DNA of 64,000 bases. It comes from an uncultured Verrucomicrobiota bacterium (GTDB taxonomy: Bacteria > Verrucomicrobiota > Verrucomicrobiia > Limisphaerales > JAEYXS01). The DNA lies in assembly GCA_964589735.1 (NCBI GenBank), contig CAZPUL010000025.1, forward strand, positions 529 through 64,528, written 5' to 3'. The notes beneath the pieces are model-generated. The model searched no databases. It had not been told where the DNA came from and was given only the letters and a program-made list of their open reading frames with translations. Position numbers and translations under genes: made by a program. Positions 34,780 through 43,920 of the stretch are shown piece by piece. Each line of letters opens with the position of its first letter. Position 1 is the first letter of the stretch.

Positions 34780-35907
34780 ATGACACCTGAAAATACCCCC
34801 GGACTGCGTGCGCGCACGGCCGCCGCTCTCCGTCTTGAAGCCAGCCGTGTCCCCCAACTCACCGCCTTCGTCGGCCTCGACGGTTTCGTCGATGAGATCC
34901 TCGACGTGGTGGACAAACGCCAGGACGTCGCCAACTACCAGCGCATGCCCACCATCGCCAGCCTGGGCGAGCGCATCTCGGGCGCGGCTGGTCGCAGCAC
35001 GAACATCGAGCTGGTCACCCGTCGCACGAAGCTGGGCGGCAATGGTCCCATCATGGCCAATGCCCTCGCCTCCTTCGGCCTGAACACCACGTACGTTGGC
35101 AGCCTGGGCTTCCCCAACCTTCATCCTGTCTTTGCCGAGTTCGCCCAACGCGCCAAAGTCATCTCCATCAGCGAACCCGGCCACACGGATGCGCTCGAGT
35201 TCGAGGATGGCAAGCTCATGCTCGGCAAGATGTATCCCCTCGCCGAGGTGAACTGGGAAAATCTGAATGCCCGCGCGGGTGCCGAGACCGTTCGCTCCCA
35301 AGTGCAAAGTTCCACCCTCATCGCCTTCGTGAACTGGACCATGCTGCCCCACATGAGTGCCATCTGGGAACGCATGCTCGCCGAGATCGTCCCCACTGTG
35401 ACCGGCGAACGACGCTGGATGTTCTTCGACCTCGCCGACCCCGCCAAACGCACACGGGAAGATCTGCTGCACGCCTTGGAACTCGTCCACCAGTTCAACA
35501 CCAAGTTCCGCGTCATCCTCGGCTTGAACGAAAAGGAAGCCTTCGAAGTCGGTGAAGTGCTCGGCCTTCCCATGCCGGATGGTTCACCCAATGGCCTCGG
35601 CTGCCTCACCCAACGCATCGCCGAAAAAGTCGCCGTGGAAACCATCGTCGTCCACCCCGTCACCTACGCCTTGGCGGTCACCGATGGCCAAGTATCCATG
35701 GTCGCTGGACCGCGCATCCAGAAGGCGCTCATCACCACCGGCGCGGGCGATCACTTCAACGCTGGCTTCTGCCTGGGCAAGTTGCTCGGCCTGGATGACG
35801 CCGCAAGTGTATTGACCGGCGTCACCACCAGCGGGTATTACGTGAAGACGGCAACCACACCCGGCATGCTCGACCTGGCAGGCATGATGGATAATTGGCC
35901 CTCGTAA
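34780..35907 (+). CDS. PfkB-family carbohydrate kinase-like protein
   Basis: C-terminal TTGAGDHFNAGF matches the PfkB/ribokinase GAGD signature. ATG at 34780 (track TTG at 34765). Confidence 0.65.
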   Translation: MTPENTPGLRARTAAALRLEASRVPQLTAFVGLDGFVDEILDVVDKRQDVANYQRMPTIASLGERISGAAGRSTNIELVTRRTKLGGNGPIMANALASFGLNTTYVGSLGFPNLHPVFAEFAQRAKVISISEPGHTDALEFEDGKLMLGKMYPLAEVNWENLNARAGAETVRSQVQSSTLIAFVNWTMLPHMSAIWERMLAEIVPTVTGERRWMFFDLADPAKRTREDLLHALELVHQFNTKFRVILGLNEKEAFEVGEVLGLPMPDGSPNGLGCLTQRIAEKVAVETIVVHPVTYALAVTDGQVSMVAGPRIQKALITTGAGDHFNAGFCLGKLLGLDDAASVLTGVTTSGYYVKTATTPGMLDLAGMMDNWPS

Positions 35908-36027
35908 GTCTCGACTGAGACGATTATTGAAATGGCAACCAAACGGAAATCGGTGAAGGCGCCGGGACGCAAAGCAGCTGTTAAGAGCCGTAAACCGCTT
36001 AAACGCCGGATTAAACGACGCAAGAAA

Positions 36028-36594
36028 ATGGTATTGGAGATCGTAAAATTTGGTCACCCGGTCCTCCGCCAAAAAGGCGCGAAGATCGAGAAAGTAACGC
36101 CCGAGATCAAGCAACTCATCGATGACATGATGGCGACGATGAAAGACGCCCACGGCGTCGGCCTCGCCGCCCAGCAGATCGGGCAAGCATTGCAACTCGC
36201 CGTCATAGACGTGCGCGGCATCGAGGACCGCCCTTCCACGCTTCACTTGGATGGCAAACCGGCGGATGTGGATGCCTTCATGCCCCTGATCCTCCTCAAT
36301 CCCGAGATAAAACCAGTGAACGAGCCCGTGAAAGGCCCTGAAGGCTGCCTGAGCTTCCCGGAGATCTATGCCGACATCGAGCGCCCGGAGTCTGTCGATG
36401 TCACCGTCACGACCCTCGATGGCAAAACGAAATCCTTCCGCTGCGGCGGCCTGCTCTCCCGCGCCGTCCAGCACGAGAACGACCACCTGAACGGCATCCT
36501 CTTCATCGACCGCATGGATCGCAACACGAAACAGGAACTCAAGCCCGAGATCGACGATCTCCAGGCCGCCACGAAGAAGAAGCTGAAGAAGTGA
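36028..36594 (+). CDS. def: peptide deformylase
   Basis: GVGLAAQQIG, EGCLSFP and HENDHLNG motifs. The conventional start is MVLEIVKFGHPVL at 36028. An in-frame ATG at 35932 would add a 32-aa Lys/Arg-rich extension. Confidence 0.9.
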   Translation: MVLEIVKFGHPVLRQKGAKIEKVTPEIKQLIDDMMATMKDAHGVGLAAQQIGQALQLAVIDVRGIEDRPSTLHLDGKPADVDAFMPLILLNPEIKPVNEPVKGPEGCLSFPEIYADIERPESVDVTVTTLDGKTKSFRCGGLLSRAVQHENDHLNGILFIDRMDRNTKQELKPEIDDLQAATKKKLKK

Positions 36595-37350
36595 TCAGCG
36601 GGCGACTGTGATCGGCGCCGGCGGATTTGCCTTGCCGGACAGCCGCTTCGCTTCCGACATGATGTAGAACATCTCCCGCGCGATCTCCCGGCAACGCTCG
36701 TTGTAAGCCGCCGTTTCCGAAGGCGTGTCATCGCAAATCCTCGGATCCACGTAATGGATCGCGTACCGCGCGATGGAGCCCTTCACCACCGGACAGCTCT
36801 TGTCCGCCGAACTGCACGTCATCAAGGCGATGAACCGCTCCGCCGGGTTGTCATCCGCGTTGTAAACCTTCGAGTAAGCCTTGATCGGCGGACGCTCGCC
36901 CGCATAGTGCACCAGATACAGCGGATTATCACCGCTCGTGGCGTCTTTGATCTGGAAGCCCGCACTCCGCATGGCCGTGATCGTCCGGCAGTTGCATGCC
37001 GTCACCTCCGTGCCGCCCGAATATGCCTGCACCCGGTCGAGACCATAGTGATACGCCGCCGTCTGCGCCCAGATCTGCGACATATGGCTGCGCCGCGAAT
37101 TGTGGGTGCAGATAAACGTCAGCCGGGCGTCTTGCCCCTGCTGTAATTGCGTAGCGACCGTCTGGGCGATCTGTCCCAGCACCACCTTTCTTTCCGCCGA
37201 CAGCTTGTCCAGTTCACCCGCCACTTCGTTCACATAGGTTTGCAAAGGCGGCAGCAACCCCGCCTCGGACTTCGCTTCGGAAATGTCAGGCGCGCTGGCA
37301 CAACCCGCGCACCAGACGATGACACTGAGCAACACGATGAACATCTTCAT
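36595..37350 (-). CDS. LMW-PTP / ArsC-type (thioredoxin-coupled) phosphatase-reductase family lipoprotein
   Basis: Lipoprotein signal (VWCAGCAS) and a CX5R(S) P-loop, CTHNSRRS. Confidence 0.7.
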   Translation of the reverse strand: MKMFIVLLSVIVWCAGCASAPDISEAKSEAGLLPPLQTYVNEVAGELDKLSAERKVVLGQIAQTVATQLQQGQDARLTFICTHNSRRSHMSQIWAQTAAYHYGLDRVQAYSGGTEVTACNCRTITAMRSAGFQIKDATSGDNPLYLVHYAGERPPIKAYSKVYNADDNPAERFIALMTCSSADKSCPVVKGSIARYAIHYVDPRICDDTPSETAAYNERCREIAREMFYIMSEAKRLSGKANPPAPITVAR

Positions 37351-37363
37351 ACTTCGTTCTCAA

Positions 37364-39442
37364 TTAATTGGCGGCCAGCTCCACACAGAGCACACTCATC
37401 CCGCCCCGCAGGTAAAGCCGCGTCCCCACGAGTGCCGGATGGGAATACACTTCCACAGCATCCTCAAAAATCTTCAGCCGCGAGATGACCGCGCACTTGT
37501 CTTTGGTTGCATCCAGCAGAACCAGTTCACCCGACAGCGAGATCACCAGCACGCGCTCCCCATCGGCGATCAGCGTCGCGAAATCCCCCGCCGCATCATC
37601 GCTCCGTTGCCACACCGGCTTCAGCCCGTTCTGCACGCTGAGACTGTGCAATCCATTATGCGCGCCATAGACCCGGCCCCGCGTCACCACCGGCGTCGCC
37701 GAATCCGGCGACAGTTCCTTATACTCGCCCGCCGGCTCCGGGATGATCCGCCCGGCATCATCAAACCGATAGAGCCGCGTGCCATTGTTCTCCGAGGTCA
37801 CCACCAATCCGCCCTCCACGGCGATGGGTGTGGGCACGTTGAAATCTCCCGGCGACCGCGGAACTAATTGCCAGAGGCGCTTTCCCGTTTTCACATCCCA
37901 CCCGCCCAAGGAATGCTGGTCATAGCCCACGATCTGCCGATGCCCGCCGAACTCTCCGCAAATGAACGCCGCGTAGGCAGCCGGTGAACCCGGCGTCGCC
38001 CAGCGCGTCTTTCCCGTGGCACAATCCAAAGCCACCAACGATGCCTTCGCCCCGCCGGGATTCACGATGAGCATGTCATCCACCACCAGCGGCGTGGCAC
38101 ACATGCCCCATGTCGGCAGTTGCGCTTCAAACTCCCCCGGCAAATCCCGTTTCCAGATCAGCTTTCCTTCCGCCAATGTCACACAGCGCAATTCACCGAA
38201 CGCTCCCAGCAGATACACCTTGTCCTGATGGATGACCGGTGTGGCCCGCGGCGACTGTCCGTAATCCAGATGCCCGCTTGCCGGATATTCCACGCGCCAG
38301 AGGAATTCGCCATTCTCCGTATTGAGGCAGCGATACACATCATGTTCATCGGCAAAATCACGCTCCGCCAAGATCAACCGGTTGCCGCTGACGCTGAGTC
38401 CGGCGAGGCAACTGGGCATCGCTCCTTTTTTCCAGACAATCTTCGCCTTCTCCGGCAGCCGCGCTGGCAACTGCGGCACCAACCCGTCGCGATTCGGCCC
38501 GCGCCAGTCCGGCCAGTCACGTCCGGCACTGGCCTGCGGTTTGGCTTTTTTCTCAGTGGTTATCGGCCTGAAACCTTCCCGGCTTTCCATCTCCTTGAGC
38601 AGCTTGGCATCTTCTTTCAATCCCAGCAGCGACTTGAGGATGCCCTGTTCCTTTTCCGGCTTGATAGCGTCGTTCAGGAAGACCGTGATGAATGGCACCG
38701 CTTGCGTCTTGCCGAGAACTTTAAGCTCACCCGGCTTCACACTCCCGCACCCTTCCAGCAACCGCAGCGCATAACTCGGGATCACCGCCACCGGCAAGGC
38801 TGTTTCCGTGCTGTCGAGCACATCTAGGGCGGCATCGGTGTACTGGTCGCGCTTCTCCTGTTGTGTCGGTGCTTTCACTCCGGCTGCTTGCAGCGCCGCC
38901 GCCAAGGCCATCTGGTTCGCCTCCGTATCGGCCAGACCGAAGAAGATTCTTCGTCCAGTGATGTCTTTCAGTTCCTTGGCCGTATCCTTGGCTTGAACCA
39001 CGATGGAGCCCGTCATCACCGTCTCACCCTCCTGATCCGTCAGTTCACAGACCGGGCGCGCTTTCAATCCCGCCTTTTGGGCACCTTTCGCCACTTTGGA
39101 ATGCTCGCCGATGACCACCACTTCCTGTCCGGGCCCGATGACCGCCATCGTCTCGGCCAGATCATCGGAGAACTCGATGCTCACCTCTTGCTTGAGCGCC
39201 GTGCCGAGTCGCGCTGCCAGCTTGCGGTAATCCCGCTGGCCATAGCCCTTCATGCACGCACACGCCAACTCCTTGGCGAGCGGGTCCATGACGACCAGCA
39301 CCACCGGTGCAGCCGCTTTGGCCGGCGGTTTGCCACTGGCCCCCTCGGCCACCAGCAACCCGCACAACCACACCACCCAAACGCCGAACCAGCCGCTTGC
39401 TTTGCCCCACTTCATGAACCCTCCTCTGTGATAATCCATCAT
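37364..39442 (-). CDS. PhnD-like substrate-binding domain fused to PQQ-like beta-propeller (692 aa)
   Basis: Signal/TM segment. The N-terminal roughly 270 aa resemble phosphonate-type periplasmic binding proteins (VVMDPLAKELACACMKGYGQRDYRKLA...). The C-terminal half begins WPDWRGPNRDG and continues with PQQ/BamB-like repeats. ATGA overlap with the upstream gene. Confidence 0.7.
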   Translation of the reverse strand: MMDYHRGGFMKWGKASGWFGVWVVWLCGLLVAEGASGKPPAKAAAPVVLVVMDPLAKELACACMKGYGQRDYRKLAARLGTALKQEVSIEFSDDLAETMAVIGPGQEVVVIGEHSKVAKGAQKAGLKARPVCELTDQEGETVMTGSIVVQAKDTAKELKDITGRRIFFGLADTEANQMALAAALQAAGVKAPTQQEKRDQYTDAALDVLDSTETALPVAVIPSYALRLLEGCGSVKPGELKVLGKTQAVPFITVFLNDAIKPEKEQGILKSLLGLKEDAKLLKEMESREGFRPITTEKKAKPQASAGRDWPDWRGPNRDGLVPQLPARLPEKAKIVWKKGAMPSCLAGLSVSGNRLILAERDFADEHDVYRCLNTENGEFLWRVEYPASGHLDYGQSPRATPVIHQDKVYLLGAFGELRCVTLAEGKLIWKRDLPGEFEAQLPTWGMCATPLVVDDMLIVNPGGAKASLVALDCATGKTRWATPGSPAAYAAFICGEFGGHRQIVGYDQHSLGGWDVKTGKRLWQLVPRSPGDFNVPTPIAVEGGLVVTSENNGTRLYRFDDAGRIIPEPAGEYKELSPDSATPVVTRGRVYGAHNGLHSLSVQNGLKPVWQRSDDAAGDFATLIADGERVLVISLSGELVLLDATKDKCAVISRLKIFEDAVEVYSHPALVGTRLYLRGGMSVLCVELAAN

Positions 39443-40545
39443 TCACCCTGGGTGCGCGGCGCAAAGATCCGGATCGCATCATTATGCGTGTCCAGCATGT
39501 AGAAGCGTCCCCCATCCGGGCTCACTGCCACCGTCACGCGCACGCACTCGCTCGGACCGTCCACCAGCGCCACCACCTCGATGAATTTGCCCGTGGCTGA
39601 GAACCGCTTGATGCACGTCGGCGGACCCGATTCCGCCACCAGGACCTCGCCGTTCGCCAGCACCCGTAAATTCTTCGGTTCGCAGCACCCGCCGAAATCA
39701 TCCGCCTTCACCTTGCCGGCCGAGCCGAACTTGGTGATCTGCTTCCCATCCCGGTCACGTGCTTCCACCGCATGCCGCGCATTGTGCGGGATCCACAAAT
39801 TGCCATTATGCGACTGGATGTCCATCTGCCCGCAGCACCCGCGCAATTTCTCCACCACCACCTTCGGATTCTGCAAGGCATGATCGAAACGATAGACTTG
39901 GAAGGTGAACTCGTTCGGTGTCGGCACCGCCATGAACACATCCTTGTCCGTCACCGTCAGGCCGGTCACCGACGTGCGCCTTTGTTCCAGGGCACGCTTC
40001 ATGTTCTCGATCTCCGATGGGCCCGAACGGCCCGATTGCTTGATCATCTCCTCCATCTCCTTGGTGATCACCACGGGCACACTGGCCACCGGCGAGACGA
40101 CTGTAGCCAATACCTTCCCCTCTGCATCCAGTTTGACCAGTTTGCCATCACCCGCCGCGAAGATGGTGCCATCCTTCGCCACGGCGACTGCTTCCGGCCC
40201 GATCTCCAGTGGCCAGGTCTTGAGCAACTCACCCTTGGGTGAGAACATCTTCAGAATGCCCCCTTTGGCTGCACCTGTCGGCGTATTATAACATGCCAGG
40301 ATGTTCCCCTCCGCGTTCAGGCAGAAATTCTTCAAGGAGCCCGGACTCCGCTTGTCCCCGATCTGCAGCTTGCCGACCTCCACCGTGGCCGGTTTCCACA
40401 TCGGATCCTTCGCGCGCGCGTCCGCCGCCGCCTTTTGCTGTTTCTGGTACTCCTCCATCGTGAGCCCCTGAGCCAGCGTTGCGGTTTGCAGACATGCCCC
40501 GGTGATGACCGCCAGCATGATCAGCTTTTGCACATTGTGTTTCAT
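39439..40545 (-). CDS. secreted NHL/beta-propeller repeat protein
   Basis: ATG at 40545 is preceded by ggagga. It has a signal peptide, and the repeat-rich body contains two vicinal Cys pairs (GCCGQMD, GGCCEPKN). Confidence 0.65.
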   Translation of the reverse strand: MKHNVQKLIMLAVITGACLQTATLAQGLTMEEYQKQQKAAADARAKDPMWKPATVEVGKLQIGDKRSPGSLKNFCLNAEGNILACYNTPTGAAKGGILKMFSPKGELLKTWPLEIGPEAVAVAKDGTIFAAGDGKLVKLDAEGKVLATVVSPVASVPVVITKEMEEMIKQSGRSGPSEIENMKRALEQRRTSVTGLTVTDKDVFMAVPTPNEFTFQVYRFDHALQNPKVVVEKLRGCCGQMDIQSHNGNLWIPHNARHAVEARDRDGKQITKFGSAGKVKADDFGGCCEPKNLRVLANGEVLVAESGPPTCIKRFSATGKFIEVVALVDGPSECVRVTVAVSPDGGRFYMLDTHNDAIRIFAPRTQGE

Positions 40546-40818
40546 GTCTCCTCCTTTGCTTTCTTTTTTAAATTTCTGGATGCGACTGTTTCTTCCCCCT
40601 TTTACAACTTGCCCAAAGGCAAATCCTGTTTGGAAGTGCCTCAAACAAATCACACCCCTACTTATTTCGCCACCACGAAAAATGAGTTTTTTTGTAATCG
40701 CCTACCCCTTCCACATCCGCCCTCCGAACTGATTGCCTATCAAAATCATACCACCCTGGTTATCCTTGGAATAAATTCTCGCTGAAACCTCCCGGTTCCA
40801 GCTATCGTCTTTCATCCC

Positions 40819-42288
40819 ATGAAAGCAACCTTCATTCCATTGCTCAGGCACATCGTGTTCTGCCTGCTGGTTCTCGGCGCCCTGAACCTTCCAGCCGCGG
40901 AGAAGTATAACGTCCTCTTCATCGCCGTGGACGACATGAACAACCATTTGGGTTGTTACGGCAGCCCGATCGTGAAATCGCCCAACATCGACAAACTCGC
41001 GGCCAAGGGCGTCCGGTTCGATCGCGCCTATTGCCAATTCCCCCTGTGCAGCCCCAGCCGCAGCTCGCTCATGACCGGTCTGCGCCCGGACACCACCCAG
41101 GTCTTCGACCTCCAGAAGCATTTCCGTACCGTGATTCCGGAGGCCGTCACACTCTCCCAGCATTTCCAGAAGAACGGTTACTACGCCGCCCGCGTCGGCA
41201 AGATCTACCATTACGGTAATCCCGGCCAGATCGGCACCGATGGCCTGGACGACGCTCCCTCTTGGAATCATAAGGTAAACCCCAGCGGTCGGGACAAAGC
41301 CGAAGAGGCGAAGATCGCCAACCTCACCCCCAAACGCGGCCTCGGCAGCTCCCTCAGTTTCATGGCCTCGGAAGGCACGGATGAAGAACAGACCGATGGC
41401 ATGGTCGCCACCGAAATCATCAAGCTCATGGAAGCTAACAAGGATAAGCCCTTCTTCCTCGCCGCCGGCTTCTACCGCCCGCACTGCCCTTACGTCGCTC
41501 CGAAAAAGTATTTCGATCTCTACCCCTTGGACAAGATCCAGATGCCGGTGATCTCCGAAAGCGAGTTCCGGGATGTGCCGGACCTGGCCCTTTCTTCCAC
41601 CTCACCCCGCCCGTGGTTCGGCGTGACCGAGGAGGAAGCCCGCAAATCCAAGCAGGCCTACTACGCCGCCATCTCCTTCGTCGATGCCCAGGTCGGCCGC
41701 TTGGTGGCTGCGCTGGAACGTCTCAAACTAGCAGACAAAACGGTCATCGTCTTCTGGAGCGACCACGGCTATCACTGGGGCGAACACGGCCTGATAATGA
41801 AGCAGAGCAATTTCGAGGAATCCGCCCGCGTGCCCCTGATCATCGCCGGTCCCGGTGTGAAGCCCGCCTCCAAGGGCTGCGCCCGCACCGTGGAACTGAT
41901 CGACCTCTACCCCACGCTCGCGGATCTCTGCGGCTTGCCAAAACCTGCCAACATCCACGGTGCGAGCCTCAAGCCCCTGTTGCAGGATGCCACGGCCAAG
42001 TGGGATCGACCCGCTTTCACACAGGTCAATCGTGGCGGCACTCCCGGTCACTCCGTCCGCACAGAGCGCTGGCGCTACACCGAGTGGGACAATGGCAAGG
42101 CCGGCGCCCAACTCTACGACCACCAGAACGATCCCAAGGAACTCAACAACCTCATCAAAGACCCCAAGCACACCTCCGTCGTCGCAGAGATGAAAGCCTT
42201 GGTCCAAAAGAATTGGCCCGCCAGTTCCTTCTCCAATCAGAAATCCGGCGGTGACGGGAAGAAAAAGAACAAGAAGAAGGACGCCTGA
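40819..42288 (+). CDS. Cys-type sulfatase, iduronate-2-sulfatase-like, secreted
   Basis: CQFPLCSPSRSSLMTGLRPD. Paralog of 2280-3752. Lys-rich C-terminal tail. Confidence 0.9.
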   Translation: MKATFIPLLRHIVFCLLVLGALNLPAAEKYNVLFIAVDDMNNHLGCYGSPIVKSPNIDKLAAKGVRFDRAYCQFPLCSPSRSSLMTGLRPDTTQVFDLQKHFRTVIPEAVTLSQHFQKNGYYAARVGKIYHYGNPGQIGTDGLDDAPSWNHKVNPSGRDKAEEAKIANLTPKRGLGSSLSFMASEGTDEEQTDGMVATEIIKLMEANKDKPFFLAAGFYRPHCPYVAPKKYFDLYPLDKIQMPVISESEFRDVPDLALSSTSPRPWFGVTEEEARKSKQAYYAAISFVDAQVGRLVAALERLKLADKTVIVFWSDHGYHWGEHGLIMKQSNFEESARVPLIIAGPGVKPASKGCARTVELIDLYPTLADLCGLPKPANIHGASLKPLLQDATAKWDRPAFTQVNRGGTPGHSVRTERWRYTEWDNGKAGAQLYDHQNDPKELNNLIKDPKHTSVVAEMKALVQKNWPASSFSNQKSGGDGKKKNKKKDA

Positions 42289-42307
42289 ATCAATTGTCAT
42301 GGGTTAA

Positions 42308-42340
42308 ACGCCGGACTTCACCGTCCGGCGTTTTTTTCTT
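42308..42340 (+). terminator. rho-independent terminator
   Basis: acgccggac-ttcacc-gtccggcgt followed by ttttttctttt. Confidence 0.8.
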
Positions 42341-42390
42341 TTTCACGGCTTGCCAACCACACCTCAAGCAGACTTGAATCTGGGTGAATC

Positions 42391-42855
42391 ATGAGCACCA
42401 CCGCTGGCATTCGCTACGCCCACACCAATCTCATTGCCCGGGACTGGCGCAAGCTCGCCGACTTCTACCAGCAGGTGCTCGGTTGCGAGCCCGTCAGCAC
42501 CGAGCGCGATCATCACGGTCCACACATCAATGCCCTTACCGGCATGAACGGCGTGCGTGTCCGTGGCCGTCATCTCCGCGTGCCAGGCCATGGCGAGCAC
42601 GGCCCGACCCTCGAGATTTTTTCATACGAACCCGCCGGACCCGACAATCCCCAGCGGCTCGACAAACCCGGCTTCGCCCACCTCGCCTTTGAAGTGCCCG
42701 ATGTCATTGCCAAACGGGCGGAAATCCATGCCTGGGGCGGCCACGATGTCGGCCAGCTCACCACCTTCGACATCGCCGGAGCCGGCCGCCTCACCCTGAT
42801 CTACCTCACCGACCCCGAGGGCAACATCCTCGAGCTGCAGACCTGGCAACGTTGA
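42391..42855 (+). CDS. VOC (glyoxalase/bleomycin-resistance) family protein
   Basis: 154 aa. The patterns HTNLIARDW...FY, HLAFEV and LTDPEGNILEL are typical of VOC-fold proteins. Confidence 0.75.
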   Translation: MSTTAGIRYAHTNLIARDWRKLADFYQQVLGCEPVSTERDHHGPHINALTGMNGVRVRGRHLRVPGHGEHGPTLEIFSYEPAGPDNPQRLDKPGFAHLAFEVPDVIAKRAEIHAWGGHDVGQLTTFDIAGAGRLTLIYLTDPEGNILELQTWQR

Positions 42856-42870
42856 ACCACCTTCATAAAC

Positions 42871-43920
42871 ATGCTGCGACATCCTCACTTGAGCCTGCCG
42901 ATCATCCTCCTCGCCCTCCTCTGCAGCACCACGTTTGCTTCCGCGCAGGAAGCCGTCCTCGTCGAGACCATCAAGCTCTGGGACAAGGGCAACCACAACG
43001 CCTTCACGGACTTGGTCCGCTTCAAAGGCCGCTGGTATTGTGCTTTCCGCGAAGCGGAAGCCCATGTCTCACCCAAGGCCGACATCCGCATCCTCGCCTC
43101 CAAGAACGGTCGTGACTGGGAATCCGCCAGTGTCATCGAGATGAAAGGCCACGACCTGCGCGATCCCAAGCTCACCGTCAGTCCGGATGGCAAATGGCTG
43201 GAACTGCTCGGCGGCGACACCATTCGCGAGGGGAACAAACCCGCCACTCTAAGCCATAGTTTCATCGCCCGCTCCAAGGACGGAATCGCCTGGAGCCGGA
43301 TAGATTACGTCGCCCCAGAACAAGAATGGCTCTGGCGCATCACCTGGCACAAAAAGAAAGCCTACGGTGTGGCCTATGATGTCCGTCCGGAAATCCGTGC
43401 CCTGCGGCAATTCACCACCCGGCTCTACGTCTCCGAAGACGGCGTGAAATTCCAGCCGCTGGCCGATCCGCTCTGCGATGAGATCGGCGCCAACGAAGCC
43501 ACTATCCGCTTCGCCAAAGACGGCACCGCCTATGTCCTGCAACGGCGTGATGGTCCGGATAAACAAACCACTGCGTTCCTTGGTACCAGCCACCCGCCTT
43601 ACAAAGAATGGACTTGGAAGGACCTCGGCGTGTTCTTAGGTGGCCCCAATTTCATCCAGATCCCCGATGGCCGCTGGATCGCCGCCGGCCGCATGTTTCG
43701 TCCGGACGAAGCGGGAAATCGTGTCCCTCGCACCGTCATCTGTGAACTGGATGTGATGCAAGGCGCGCTCCGTCCTCTGCTCGACCTCCCCAGCGGCGGC
43801 GACACCAGCTACGCCGGCCTGCAATACTACGGCAATCTCTGGGTCAGTTACTACTCCTCCCACGAAGGCAAGAGCAGCATCTACCTCTCCAAAGTAAAAC
43901 TGCCGAGAGTGAAGAAGTGA
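42871..43920 (+). CDS. sialidase/BNR-like beta-propeller protein, secreted (paralog A)
   Basis: Signal peptide. NAFTDLVRFKGRWYCAFRE..., S.DG..W motifs and a terminal YSSHEGKSSIYLSKV. Confidence 0.6.
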   Translation: MLRHPHLSLPIILLALLCSTTFASAQEAVLVETIKLWDKGNHNAFTDLVRFKGRWYCAFREAEAHVSPKADIRILASKNGRDWESASVIEMKGHDLRDPKLTVSPDGKWLELLGGDTIREGNKPATLSHSFIARSKDGIAWSRIDYVAPEQEWLWRITWHKKKAYGVAYDVRPEIRALRQFTTRLYVSEDGVKFQPLADPLCDEIGANEATIRFAKDGTAYVLQRRDGPDKQTTAFLGTSHPPYKEWTWKDLGVFLGGPNFIQIPDGRWIAAGRMFRPDEAGNRVPRTVICELDVMQGALRPLLDLPSGGDTSYAGLQYYGNLWVSYYSSHEGKSSIYLSKVKLPRVKK

